A stretch of DNA of 64,000 nt, from assembly GCA_030390025.1 (NCBI GenBank), contig CM059438.1, forward strand, positions 56,174,001 to 56,238,000, written 5' to 3'. The stretch's first letter is position 1; the number at the start of each line of letters is the position of its first letter. A model generated the notes under the pieces. That model made no database searches. It saw only the letters and a list, made by a program, of their open reading frames with translations, and was not told where the DNA came from. The stretch is from Squalus acanthias. Lineage: Eukaryota. Both the position numbers and the translations under genes were made by a program. Of the stretch, positions 13,501 to 25,538 are shown piece after piece.

Positions 13501-16500
13501 TAACATCCCACCCAGTCTAATCCCACTCTCCCACTCACACCCCAGACCCTTTAATATCCCACCCAGTCTAATCACACTCTCCCGCTCACTCCCCATATCC
13601 TTTATTATCCCACGCAGTCTAATCCCACTCTCCTACTCACTCCCCATACCCTTTAATATCCTTCCAGTCTTATCCCCCTCTCCTGCTCACTCCCCATACC
13701 CTTTAATATCCCACCCAATCTAATCCCACTCTCCTGCTCACTCCCCATACCCTTTACTATCCCACCCAGTCTAATCCCACTCTCCCGCTCACTCCCCATA
13801 CCCTTTAATATCCCACCCAGTCCATCCCACTCTCATGCTCACTCCCCATAGCCTTTAATATCCCACCCAGTCCAATCCCACTCTCCCTCTCACTCCCCAT
13901 AGCCTATAATAACCCACCCAGTCGAATCCCACTCTCCCGCTCACTCCCCACACACTTTAATAACCCACTCAGGCTAATCCCACTCTCCCGCTCACTCCCC
14001 ACACCCTTTAATATCCCACCCAGTCTAATCACACTCTCCCGCTCACTCCCCATATCCTTTATTATCCCACGCAGTCTAATCCCACTCTCCTACTCACTCC
14101 CCATACCCTTTAATATCCTTCCAGTCTTATCCCCCTCTCCTGCTCACTCCCCATACCCTTTAATATCCCACCCAATCTAATCCCACTCTCCTGCTCACTC
14201 CCCATACCCTTTACTATCCCACCCAGTCTAATCCCACTCTCCCGCTCACTCCCCATACCCTTTAATATCCCACCCAGTCCATCCCACTCTCATGCTCACT
14301 CCCCATAGCCTTTAATATCCCACCCAGTCCAATCCCACTCTCCCTCTCACTCCCCATAGCCTATAATAACCCACCCAGTCGAATCCCACTCTCCCGCTCA
14401 CTCCCCACACACTTTAATAACCCACTCAGGCTAATCCCACTCTCCCGCTCACTCCCCACACCCTTTAATATCCCACCCAGTCTAATCCCACTCTCCCGCT
14501 CACTATCCACACACTTTAATATCGCACCCAGTCTAATGCCACTCTCCTGCTCACTCCCCATACCTTTTAATATCGATCCCAGTCTAATCCCACTCTCCCC
14601 CCATCTCCCCACACACTTCAATATCCCACCCAGTCTAATCCCACTCCCCCGCTCACTCCCCGTACCCTTTAATATCACACCCAGTCAAATCCCACTCTCC
14701 TGCTCACTCCCCATAGCCTTTAATATCCCACCCAGTCTAATCCCACTCTCCCCTTCACGCCCATTACCCTTTAATATCCCACCCAGACTAATCCCACTCG
14801 ACCGCTCTTTTACCCTTTAATATCCCACCTTATCTAATCACACCCTCCCGCTCACTTCCCACACCCTTTAAAATCACACCCAGTCTAATCCCACTCTCCC
14901 GCTCACTCCCCACACCCTTTATATCCCACCCAGTCTAATCCCACTATCATTCACACTCCCCACAACCTTTAATATCCCACCCACACAAATCCCAGTCTCC
15001 CACTCACTCCCCATACCCTTTAATATCCCACCCAGTCTAATCCCACTCTCCCGCTCACTCCCCACACCCTTTAACATCCCACCCAGTCTAATCCCACTCT
15101 CCCGCTCACTCCCCATACCCTTTAACATCCCACCCAGTCTATTCCCACTCTCCCCCTCACTCCCCACACCCTTTAATATTCCACCCAGTCTATTCCCACT
15201 CTCCCCCTCACTCCCCGTACCCTTTAATAACCCACCCAGTCTAATCCCACCCTCCCGCTCACTCCCCATACCCTTTAATACCCCACCCAGTCTAATCCCA
15301 CTCTCCTGCTCACTCCCTTTACCCTTTAACATCCCACCCAGTCTAATCCCACTCTCCTGCTCAATCCCCGTGCCCTTTAATATCCCACCCAGTCTAATCC
15401 CACTCTCCTGCTCACTCCCCACACCCTTTAACATCCCACCCTGTCGAATCCCACTCTCCCACTCACACCCCAGACCCTTTAATATCCCACCCAGTCTAAT
15501 CCCACTCTCCTGCTCACTCCCCACACCCTTTAATATCCCACCCAGTCTAATTCCAATCTCCCGCTCACTCCCCATACCTGTTAACATCCCATCCAGTCTA
15601 ATGAAATTCTTCCCTTCATTTCCATTACCCTTTAATATACCACCCAGTCTAATCCCACTCTCCTGCTCGCTCCCCGTACCCTTCAATATCCCACCCAGTC
15701 TAATCCCACTCTCCTGCTCACTCCCCATACCGTTTAATATCCCCCCAGTCTAATCCCACTCCCCCGCTCACTCCCCGTACCGTTTAATATCACAACCAGT
15801 CAAATCCCACTCTCCTGCTCACTCCCCATAGCCTTTAATATCCCAACCAGTCAAATCCCACTCTCCTGCTCACTCCCCATAGCCTTTAATATCCCAACCA
15901 GTCTAATCCCACTCACCCCTTCACTCCCATTACCCTTTAATATCCCAACCAGTCTAATCCCACTCTCCCCTTCACTCCCATTACCCTTTAATATCCCACC
16001 CAGACTAATCCCACTCGACCGCTCTTTTACCCTTTAATATCCCACCTTATCTAATCACACCCTCCCGCTCACTTCCCACTCCCTTTAATATCCCAGCCAG
16101 TCTAATCCCACTCTCCCGCTCACTCCCCACACCCTTTAATATCCCACCCAGTCTAATCCCACTCTCCCGCTCACTCCCCGCACCCTTTAATATCCCACCC
16201 AGTCTAATCCCACTCTCCCCCTCACTCCCCGTACCCTTTAATATCCCACCCAGTCTAATCCCACTCTCCCGCTCACTCCCCGCACCCTTTAATACCCCAC
16301 CCAGTCTAATCCCACTCTCCTTTCACTCCCCACACCCTTTAATATCCCACCCAGTCGAATCCCACTCTCCTGCTCACTCCCCACACCCTTTAATATCCCA
16401 CCCAGTCTAATCCCACTCTCCCGCTCACTCCCCATAGCCTTTAATAATCCACCCAATCTAATCCCACTCTCCCGATCACTCCCCACACACTTTAATATTC

Positions 16501-19500
16501 CTCCCAGTCTAATCCCACTCTCCTGCTCACTCCCCATACCCTTTAATATCCCACCCAGTCTAATCCCACTCTCCCGCTCACTCCCCATAGCCTTTAATAA
16601 TCCACCCAGTCTAATCCCACTCTCCGATCACTCCCCACACCCTTTAATATTCCACCCAGTCTATTCCCACTCTCCCACTCACTCCCCGCACCCTTTAATA
16701 TTCCACCCAGTCTAATCCCACTCACCCGCTCACTCCCACACTCTTTAATATCCCACAAAGTCTAATCCCACTCTCCCGCTCACTCCCCATACGCTTTAAT
16801 TTCCCACAAAGTCTAAACCCACTCTCCCCCTCACTCCCCATAGCCTTTAATATCCCACCCAGTCAAATCCCACTCTCCCGCTCACTCCTCACACCCTTTA
16901 ATGACCCACCCAGTCTAATCCCACTCTCCCCCTCACTCCCCACACCCTTTAATATCCCACCCAGTCAAATCCCACTCTCCCGCTCACTACCCACACCCTT
17001 TAATATCCCACCCAGTCTAATCCCACTCTCCCGATCACTTCCTTTACCCTTTTATATCCCACCCAGTCTAATCCCACTCTCCCCCTCCCTCCCCGTACCC
17101 TTTAATATCCCACCCAGTCTAATCCCACTCTCCCCTTCACTCCCCACGCCCTTTAATATCCCACCCAGTCTAATCCCAATCTCCCGCTAACTACCCACAC
17201 CCTTTAATATCCCACCCAGTCTAATCCCACTCTCCCGCTCACTCCCCATATCCTTTAATAATCCACCCAGTCTAGTCCCACTCCCCCGCTCACTCCCCAT
17301 TGCTTTTAATGACCCACCTAGTCTAATCCCACTCTCCCGCTCACTCCCCACACTCTTTAATATCCCACAAAATCTAATCCCACTCTCCCGCTCACTCCCC
17401 ATACGCTTTAATATCCCACAATGTCTAATCCCACTCTCCCCCTCACGCCCCATAGCCTTTAATATCCCACCCAGTCTAATCTCACACTCCCACTTACTCC
17501 CTTTAACCTTTAATATCCCACCCAGTCTACTCCCACTCTCCCGCTCACTCCGAACCCCCTTTAATATCCCACCCAGTCTAATCCCACTCTCCCGCTCACT
17601 CCCCATACCCTTTAATATCCTTCCAGTCTAATCCCACTCTCCCTCTCACTCCCCACACTCTTTAATATCCCACCCAGTCTAATCCCTCTCTCCTGCTCAC
17701 TCCCCATACCCTTTAATATCCCACCCAGTCCAATCCCACTCTCCCGCTCACTCCCCATACCCTTTAATATCCCACCCAGTCTAATCCCACTCTCCCACTC
17801 ACTCCCCATACACTTTAATATCCCACCCAGTCTAATCCCACTCTCCCCCTCCCTCCCCGTACCCTTTAATAGCCCACCCAGTCAAATCCCACCCTCTTCC
17901 TCACTCCCCGCACCCTTTAATATCCCACCCAGTCTAATCCCACTCTCCCCTTCACTCCCCACGCCCTTTAATATCCCACCCAGTCTAATCCCAATCTCCC
18001 GCTCACTCCCCACACCCTTTAATATCCCACCCAGTCTAATCCCACTCTCCCGCTCACTCCCCATATCCTTTAATAATCCACCCAGTCTAGTCCCACTCCC
18101 CCGCTCACTCCCCATTGCTTTTAATGACCCACCTAGTCTAATCCCACTCTCCCGCTCACTCCCCACACTCTTTAATATCCCACAAAATCTAATCCCACTC
18201 TCCCGCTCACTCCCCATACGCTTTAATATCCCACAATGTCTAATCCCACTCTCCCCCTCACGCCCCATAGCCTTTAATATCCCACCCAGTCTAATCTCAC
18301 ACTCCCACTTACTCCCTTTAACCTTTAATATCCCACCCAGTCTACTCCCACTCTCCCGCTCACTCCGAACCCCTTTAATATCCCACCCAGTCTAATCCCA
18401 CTCTCCCGCTCACTCCCCATACCCTTTAATATCCTTCCAGTCTAATCCCACTCTCCCTCTCACTCCCCACACTCTTTAATATCCCACCCAGTCTAATCCC
18501 TCTCTCCTGCTCACTCCCCATACCCTTTAATATCCCACCCAGTCCAATCCCACTCTCCCGCTCACTCCCCATACCCTTTAATATCCCACCCAGTCGAATC
18601 CCACTCTCCCACTCACTCCCCATACACTTTAATATCCCACCCAGTCTAATTCCACTCTCCCTCTCACTCCCCACACTCTTTAATATCCCACCCAGTCTAA
18701 TCCCACTCTCCCGCTCACTCCCCACACCCTTTAATATTCCACCCAGTCTAATCCCACTCTCCCAATCACTCCCCACACCCTTTAATATCCCACCCAGTCT
18801 AATCCCACTATCCCCCTCTCTCCCCGTACATTTAATAACCCACCCAGTATAATCCCACTCTCCTGCTCTCTCCCCATACCCTTTAATATCCCACCCAGTC
18901 CAATCCCACTCTCCTGCTCACTCCCCGTACCCTTTAATACACCACCCAATCTAATCCCACTCTCCTGCTCACTCCCCACACCCTTTAATATACGAGCTAG
19001 ATACACTGATTCTGCCATGTGTCCTCACGTGCTCCTGTATAATCTTCCCAAAGGTGGGCCCCTCCTCCCCCGCTGAACATTCACTATCTAATCAACTAAA
19101 TTGAGCCCAACGAAAGAATGCTATTCTTTCAAATCATAGCCTTGGTTTCGGGGACAATTGTTGGGGGATGGGGAGTTGCATTTTCTTTTACATAAACAAG
19201 TGTGAATCAGATGGATGTGTAAAATAATGACACATCACTTCAAATAATGCTGATTGTGCCCTGCCAGGAGAAAGGCTGCACTCGCTCCATCCAAAGACCA
19301 CACTGGTAATGTTTCGGAGCAGACGGTTTTTCTGATATAATGCAGTGTTCATTTCTTCTTATCGGCCTGAATGTACACTGTTGAAAGTGCAGAAACCCTA
19401 GCACAGCTGCTGCTACTGATCCTGGGGTTGAAGCTTACTGAGCCGGGCCATCGGCACCACATGGGTGTGTGACATCAGCATCCTCCCAGCGGAACAAAGC

Positions 19501-20309
19501 CAGGACATTACGTCCCCTCCAAAATAAGATCGCCACATAACTAAAATCAGAACTTGTTACTAGATTAGCTCCTACTAGCTTTCTATCGGTGTCCTCGCAT
19601 TGTGATCTATCTGTTCCTTTCGGGACTAACCCACACAGGGCTCTTGTGAACAAACCTGTGCTCTGCTTTTTCTTTCCATTCCCTCCCTCTTGAATAAGCT
19701 CACTGCTGCTGGGCTCCCATTGCAGTGAGAATTCTCCATGTGTCAGTCTCGACAGTATATTCCACCATGGCCTTCAGCTTCTCTCTCTTTCAGCCAATTT
19801 CTTGTCTCTCTTCTCATTTCATCAATATTGTAAGTGTGGGATCCTCACAGGAGTCTCACTGCCATTTTCAGCACTTGCTGTTGCCTCAGCTCCTAGAACC
19901 ATCCAGCTTTCACTGTATCTGCTGGCTCATTAGCTCTGCCCTCTCCAGCTTCTTCTTTTCTGATCAGTCCCTACTCATTGTCCAGGCAACATGCTCCATT
20001 TTGTAATCCCTAGAAAGATTTATTTTGCAATGAAGCACTAGGATCGTGGTGCTGCGGCACAGACCTGTGGCCTATGTTTGTGTTTGGCAGGGTGCCTTTG
20101 GGCTGGGGCTGGGTTTGGCGTTAGGTTCAGGGTTGGAATTGGGGTTGAGTATCCCTCACTGGTAAGCACATGCATGTGGACAGTGGCAAAGGACACAATT
20201 TGACTGGGAAATTATACCTAGCGAGGTTGAATAGGCAGGACAGTCAGGAGAGAAGTGGAGCACGTTTCAGAACACCAACCTGAAAGATTATATAAAGACA
20301 GAAACAAAA

Positions 20310-20630
20310 ACCATGGAAGAGAGGGAGGAGGGAGGAGTGTGGTAGAGCAGGAGGAGTGTGGTAGAGAGGAAGGTGGGGTAATAGAGAGGGAGGCAGGGAG
20401 GAGTGTGGTAGAACAGGAGGAGTGTGGTAGAGAGTGACGGGTCATAGAGAGGGAGGAAAAGTGGGAGAGTAAGGAGGGGTAGTGGAGAGGGACAAGGGGT
20501 ATTAGTGAGGTGGTAGAGGTGGGGTGATAGAGAGTGAGGAAGGGTAATAGAGAAGGAGGAGAGGTACCAGAGGGAGACCAGGGGTGGCAAAGAGGGAGGT
20601 GGCGTGGGGTACAAGAGGGGGAGGTGGGGA
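20310..20630 (+). repeat. Purine-rich (G/A) low-complexity tract with a short internal duplication
   Basis: GGAGGAGTGTGGTAGAG motifs repeated; almost no C. Confidence 0.7.
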
Positions 20631-21692
20631 AACTGAATGCTCTTACTTTTCTCGTGAATTCACCAGATCACAAGATAATTATGTTTGAGGAAGGCATTCG
20701 GCCCATCTTCTTTTATCCTCCCTCTAAACCCTACAACCATGGAATTGGTGGGTCAGTGGCAGCTTGGATAAGGAATTGGCTTAAGATCAGAAAACAGCGA
20801 GTTGTGGTAAATGGCTGTTTTTCAGACTGGAGGATGGTAGACAGTGGTGTTCCCCAAGGGTCAGTGCTGGGGCCACTGCTTTTTTTGATATATATAAATG
20901 ACCTGGATATTGGAATACAGAGTAGAATTTCTAAATTTGCCGATGACACCAAATTTGGGGGTGTGGCAAACAGTGATGATGATATCAATCGACTGCAACA
21001 GGACATAGAAAGGCTAGCAGAATGGGCAGACAAGTGGCAGATGGAATTTAATACAGAGAAGTGTGAGGTGGTGCATTTTGGCAGAAGGAACAGGGAGAGG
21101 CAATATACACTTAATGGCACAGTTTTAAAGAGTGTGCAGGGACAGAGGGACCTGGGAGTTAATGTGCATAGGTCCCTGAAGGTGGCAGGACATATTGAGA
21201 GAGTGGTTAACAAAGCATATGGGATCTTGGGCTTCATAAATAGAGGTATTGAGTACAAAAGTAGAGAAGTTATGCTGAACCTTTATAAAGCGCTGGTTAG
21301 GCCACATCTAGAGTATTGCATCCAGTTCTGGTCACCACACTTCAGGAAGGATGTGAAGGCCCTTGAGAGGGTGCAGAGGAGATTTACCAGAATGCTTCCG
21401 GGGATGGGGGATCTTAGCTACTAGGACAGGTTGGAGAAGCTGGATTTGTTTTCATTAGAACAAAGGAGGTTGAGGGGTGATTTGATAGAGGTGTACAAGA
21501 TTTTGACGGGTTTGGATAGGCTCGACGGGGCAAGGCAGTTCCCACTAGTTGATGTTACAAGAACTAGGGGACACAGATTTAAGGTTTTGGGCAAGAGATA
21601 CAGGGGGGATGTGAGGAAAAACTTTTTTACGCAGTGAGTGGTGAGGACCTGGAACTCGCTGCTGACGGAAGTGGTGGAAGCGGAGACACTCA

Positions 21693-22585
21693 GGGGGAAA
21701 AATTCAGTTGGTTGCGCCTCCCGTTAGCGCCTTAAGAGGGCGCTAATGGGGCGCAAAGCATCTAGCGCCCAGGCGCGGCGAAGTTTGCGCCGCTCGCGAA
21801 ATTAACTAGACATTTTGCGGCGGCGCTAAACACTACCGCCACAATCTCCTGCGCCGGCAGATCGTGACGTCAGTCGAGTGCGCAACGCCCCAGTATCGCC
21901 CCAGAGCGGATATTGAGTGGCGCCCCCTGCCTTACCGCCTGACGCTAGCAACGACAGTTTGAGTGGAGCGTTCTGCAGTCATGAAGGGAAAGGGGGAGCG
22001 CTATTTAAAGGTGACCACTTCCTGCCTTTTATTGTTGGTGCCATTTTTGAACTACGCATTCTGAGAGAGAGAGAGAGAGACTTCTGGAGAGTTTCAACGT
22101 TGTGTGAAGGAGTTTTGGGTACTGAGCAGCACTTTGCCTGTTCATTTTGATTTGCCATTCCTTGTATCGATTTAGAAGAGACTGTGGGGGCTGCACTCTG
22201 AGCTCTTTGCCTGGTAGTCTCCATTGTTCTTTCCAGCAGATTTGATGTGCAGGTCTCTCCAGGCAGAGATTCAAGGCTGCAATTAGTAGGATGTGGATGG
22301 AAAGTGAGATTAACCATCCCCTTTAAGACCTGGCCCATGCCATTGTGTGTGTGTTCCATTGCTGACTGACATTACATGAGCTTCGCCAGCGCTCTGAGGT
22401 ACTGCCTCGCTCCTCAGCCTTTGCGCCTTAAGACAGGTGTGAAGCGCCTGATATAGCGTTGCAATCACCTCCAGGGGCGATAAAAGTCAAGTTTGCAGTT
22501 GGTGGCGATAATTAGTGCCAGGCGCTAATCTTTGCGCCCAGCCGATAATTGCGCCCCAAATGGGGCGATACTGAATTTCTCCCCC
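21693..22585 (-). mobile_element. 893-bp non-autonomous TIR DNA element, copy A (PIF/Harbinger-like by inference)
   Basis: TIRs GGGGGAAAAATTCAGT / ACTGAATTTCTCCCCC; 3-bp TSD TCA (21690-21692, 22586-22588); removing it restores CR1 sequence GAGACACTCAATGTTTTCAAG. Confidence 0.85.
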
Positions 22586-22745
22586 TCAATGTTTTCAAGG
22601 GGAGACTGGATAGGAACTTGAGGGAAATAAACTTGCAGGGCTACGGGGATAGAGCGGGGAAATGGGACTGACTGGATTGCTCTACAGAGAGCCAGCACAG
22701 ACTCGATGGGCCAAATGGCCTCCTTCTGTGCCGTTATGACTCTAT

Positions 22746-23638
22746 GGGGGAGAAATTCAGTATTGCCCCATTTGGGGCGCAATTATCGGCCGGGCGCAAA
22801 GATTAGCGCCTGGCGCTAATTATCGCCACCGACTGCAAACTTGACTTTTATCGCCCCTGGAGGTGATTGCAGCGCTATATCAGGCGCTTCACACCTGTCT
22901 TAAGGCGCAAAGGCCGAGGAGCGAGGCACTACCTCAGAGCGCTGGCGAAGCTCATGTAATGTCAGTCAGCAATGGAACACACACACAATGGCACGGGCCA
23001 GTTCTTAAAGTGGATGGTTAATCTTGCTTTCCATCCACATCCTGCTCATTGCAGCCTTGAATCTCGGCCTGGAGAGACCTGCACATCAAATGTGCTGGAA
23101 AGAACAATGGAGAGTACCAGGCAAAGAGCTCAGAGTGCAGCCCCCACAGTCTCTGCTAAATCGATACAAGGAATGGCAAATCAAAATGAACCTGCAAAGT
23201 GCTGCTCAGTTCCCAAAACTCCTTCACACAACGTTGAATCTCTCCAGAAGTCTCTCCCTCTCTCTCTCAGAATGCGTAGTTCAAAAATGGCACCAACAAT
23301 AAAAGGCAGGAAGCGGTCACCTTTAAATAGCGCTCCCCCTTTCCCTTCATGACTGCAGAACGCTCCCCTCAACCTGTCGTTGCTAGCGTCAGGCGGTAAG
23401 GCAGGGGGCGCCACTCAATATCCGCTCCGGGGCGATACCAGGGCGTTGCGCGCTCGAGTGACGTCACGATCTGCCGGCGCAGGAGATCGTGGCGGTAGTG
23501 TTTAGCGCCGCCACAAAATGCCTCGTTAATTTCGCGAGCGGCACAAACTTCGCCGCGCCTGGGCGCTAGATGCTTTGCGCCCCATTAGCGCCCTCTTAAG
23601 GCGCTAATGGGAGGCGCAACCAACTGAATTTTCCCCCC
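22746..23638 (+). mobile_element. 893-bp non-autonomous TIR DNA element, copy B, inverted relative to copy A
   Basis: Reverse complement of 21693-22585 with scattered substitutions; same TIRs; 3-bp TSD TAT (22743-22745, 23639-23641) in the CR1 tail. Confidence 0.85.
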
Positions 23639-23679
23639 TATGACTTTATGAGCCTCGCCTCCCCATTGTTTGAAAAGAT

Positions 23680-23970
23680 GTCTCCACTGCTCCATCTAGG
23701 AATCCATTCCATGTCTTGATCTCTTCCTGATATCGGGTTTACCTTTTACTAGTTTGAACTTGTGTCCACTTGTCTTACACTCACTGTTTAATTTAAAGTC
23801 ATATTCCTGAATTACTTGTTCCATTCCTCTGTCATAAATCCCTCTATAAAATCACCCAAAGACCCCAGGTTTCTCCAGCTCATCCTCATAACCCCGACTC
23901 TGGGGATTAGCCTCATGGCTCTTTCTGCTTGGCCTCCAGTGCTTGAGTGTCTCACTTGTGTCTCAGTGAC
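23680..23970 (-). mobile_element. Old degraded CR1 3' fragment leading directly into the 34-bp array
   Basis: Minus strand resembles CR1 C-terminal coding sequence (GCACTGGAGGCC...AGAGCCATGAGGCTAATCCCC...TATGAGGATGAGCTGGAGAAACCTGGG; GGACACAAGTTCAAACTAGTAAAAGG). Confidence 0.55.
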
Positions 23971-25538
23971 CAGAACTGGTCCTAATACTCAAGGTGGATC
24001 TAACCAGAACTGGACACAGGGCTCAAGGTGTGTCTGACCAGAACTCGACCCAATACTCAAGGTGGGTCTGACCAGAACTGGACACAGTGCTCAAGGTGGG
24101 TCTGAAGAGAGCTGGACCCAGTGCTCAAGGTGGGACTGACCAGAACTGGACACAGTGCTTAAGGTGTGTCTGACCAGAACTGGACACAAAGTTCAAGGTG
24201 AGTCTGACCAGAGGTGGACCCAGTGCTCAAGGTGATTCTGACCAGAACTGGACACAAAGTTCAAGGTGAGTCTGACCAAAACTGGACACAGTGTTCAAGG
24301 TGGGTCTGACCAGGACTGGACCCAGTGTTCAAGGTGGGTCTGACCAGAACTGGACACAGTGCTCAAAGTGGATCTGCCAAGGATTGGACCCATTGCTCAA
24401 GGTGGATCTGAACAGATCTGGACACAGTGTTCAAGGTGAGTCTGACCAGAAATGGACCCAGAGCTCAAGGTGAGTCTCACCAGAACTGGACCCAGTGCTG
24501 AAGGTGGGTCTGACCAGAACTGGACACAGTGCTCAAGGTGGGTCTGACCAGAAATGGACACAGTTGCTCAAGGTGGGTCTGACCAGAACTGGACACAGTG
24601 CTCAAGGTGGATTTGAACAGAACTGGACCCAGTGTTCATGGTGGGTCTGACCAAAACTGGACACAGTGTTCAAGGTGAGTCTGACCAGAAATGGACCCAG
24701 TTTTCAAGGTGGGTCTGACCAGAAATGGACCCAGTGTTCAAGGTGAGTCTGACCAGAAATGGACCCAGTTTTCAAGGTGAGTCTGACCAGAAATGGACCC
24801 AGTTTTCAAGGTGGGTCTGACCAGGAGGGGACCCAGTGTTCAAGATGGATTTGACCAGAACTGGACACAGTGTTCAAGATGGATATGACCAGAACTGGAC
24901 ACAGTGCTCAAGGTGGGACTGACCAGAACTCGACCCAGTGCTGAAGGTGGATGAGACCAGATGTGGACCCAGTGCTCAAAGTGAATCTGACCAGGACTGG
25001 ACCCAGTGCTCAAGGAGGATCTGACCAGAACTGGACACATTGCTCAAGGTGGGTCTGACCAGAACTGGACCCAGTGCTCAAGGTGGGTCTGACCAGACTG
25101 GACCCAGTATCAAGGTGGATCTGACCAGGAGTGGACCCAGTGCTCAAGGTGGATTTGACCAGAACTGGACACAGTGCTGAAGGGTTGTCTGACCAGAACT
25201 GGACCCAGTGCTCAAGGTGGGTCTGACCAGACTGGACCCAGTATCAAGGTGGATCTGACCAGGAGTGGACCCAGTGCTCAAGGTGGATTTGACCAGAACT
25301 GGACACAGTGCTGAAGGGTTGTCTGACCAGAACTCGACCCAGTGCTCAAGGTGGGTCTGACCAGAACTGGACCCAGTGCTCAGTGTGGGTCAGACCAGAA
25401 AGGGACTCAGTGCTCAAGGTGGATCTGACCAGGACTGGACCCAGTGTTCAAGGTGGGTCTGACCAGAAGTGGACCCAGTGCTCAAGGTGTGTCTGACCAG
25501 AACTGGACCCAGTGCTCAAGGTGCGTCTGACAAGAACT
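23968..25538. repeat. 34-bp minisatellite GTGCTCAAGGTGGGTCTGACCAGAACTGGACCCA, left part
   Basis: TGGGTCTGAC at 24301 and 24335; about 46 diverged copies. Confidence 0.95.

Larger units (their letters stand above)
1..18990. repeat. 51-bp satellite array, consensus ~TAATATCCCACCCAGTCTAATCCCACTCTCCCGCTCACTCCCCATACCCTT, with ~3-kb higher-order duplicated blocks; runs off the window start
   Basis: ACTCTCC recurs at 1 and 52, giving a 51-bp period throughout. Identical variant strings recur at offsets such as 2990 (ORF track 4985/7975, 5694/8684). The 17-aa-periodic ORFs are by-products of the repeat. Confidence 0.97.
20737..23652 (+). mobile_element. 5'-truncated CR1-clade (HER1-like) LINE: C-terminal RT half plus 3' UTR, interrupted by two TIR elements
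   Basis: Motifs SGVPQGSVLGPLLF, KFADDTK, LVRPHLEYCIQFWSP, RRLRGDLIEVYK; stop at 21422-21424; 3' UTR 22586-22745; TATGAC-type tail resumes at 23639. Confidence 0.92.

Noticed and set aside
78..19018. Many 60-270-aa ORFs (GSERESGIRLGGILKG / PLSRSLPIPFNIPPSL)
   Set aside because: The 51-bp unit is a multiple of 3 and lacks stops in some frames; indels break the frames at random.
20534..20736. N-terminal part of the 296-aa ORF, and the N-terminus of 27100..28512, as LINE protein
   Set aside because: Chance read-through from flanking low-complexity DNA or from the antisense host CR1.
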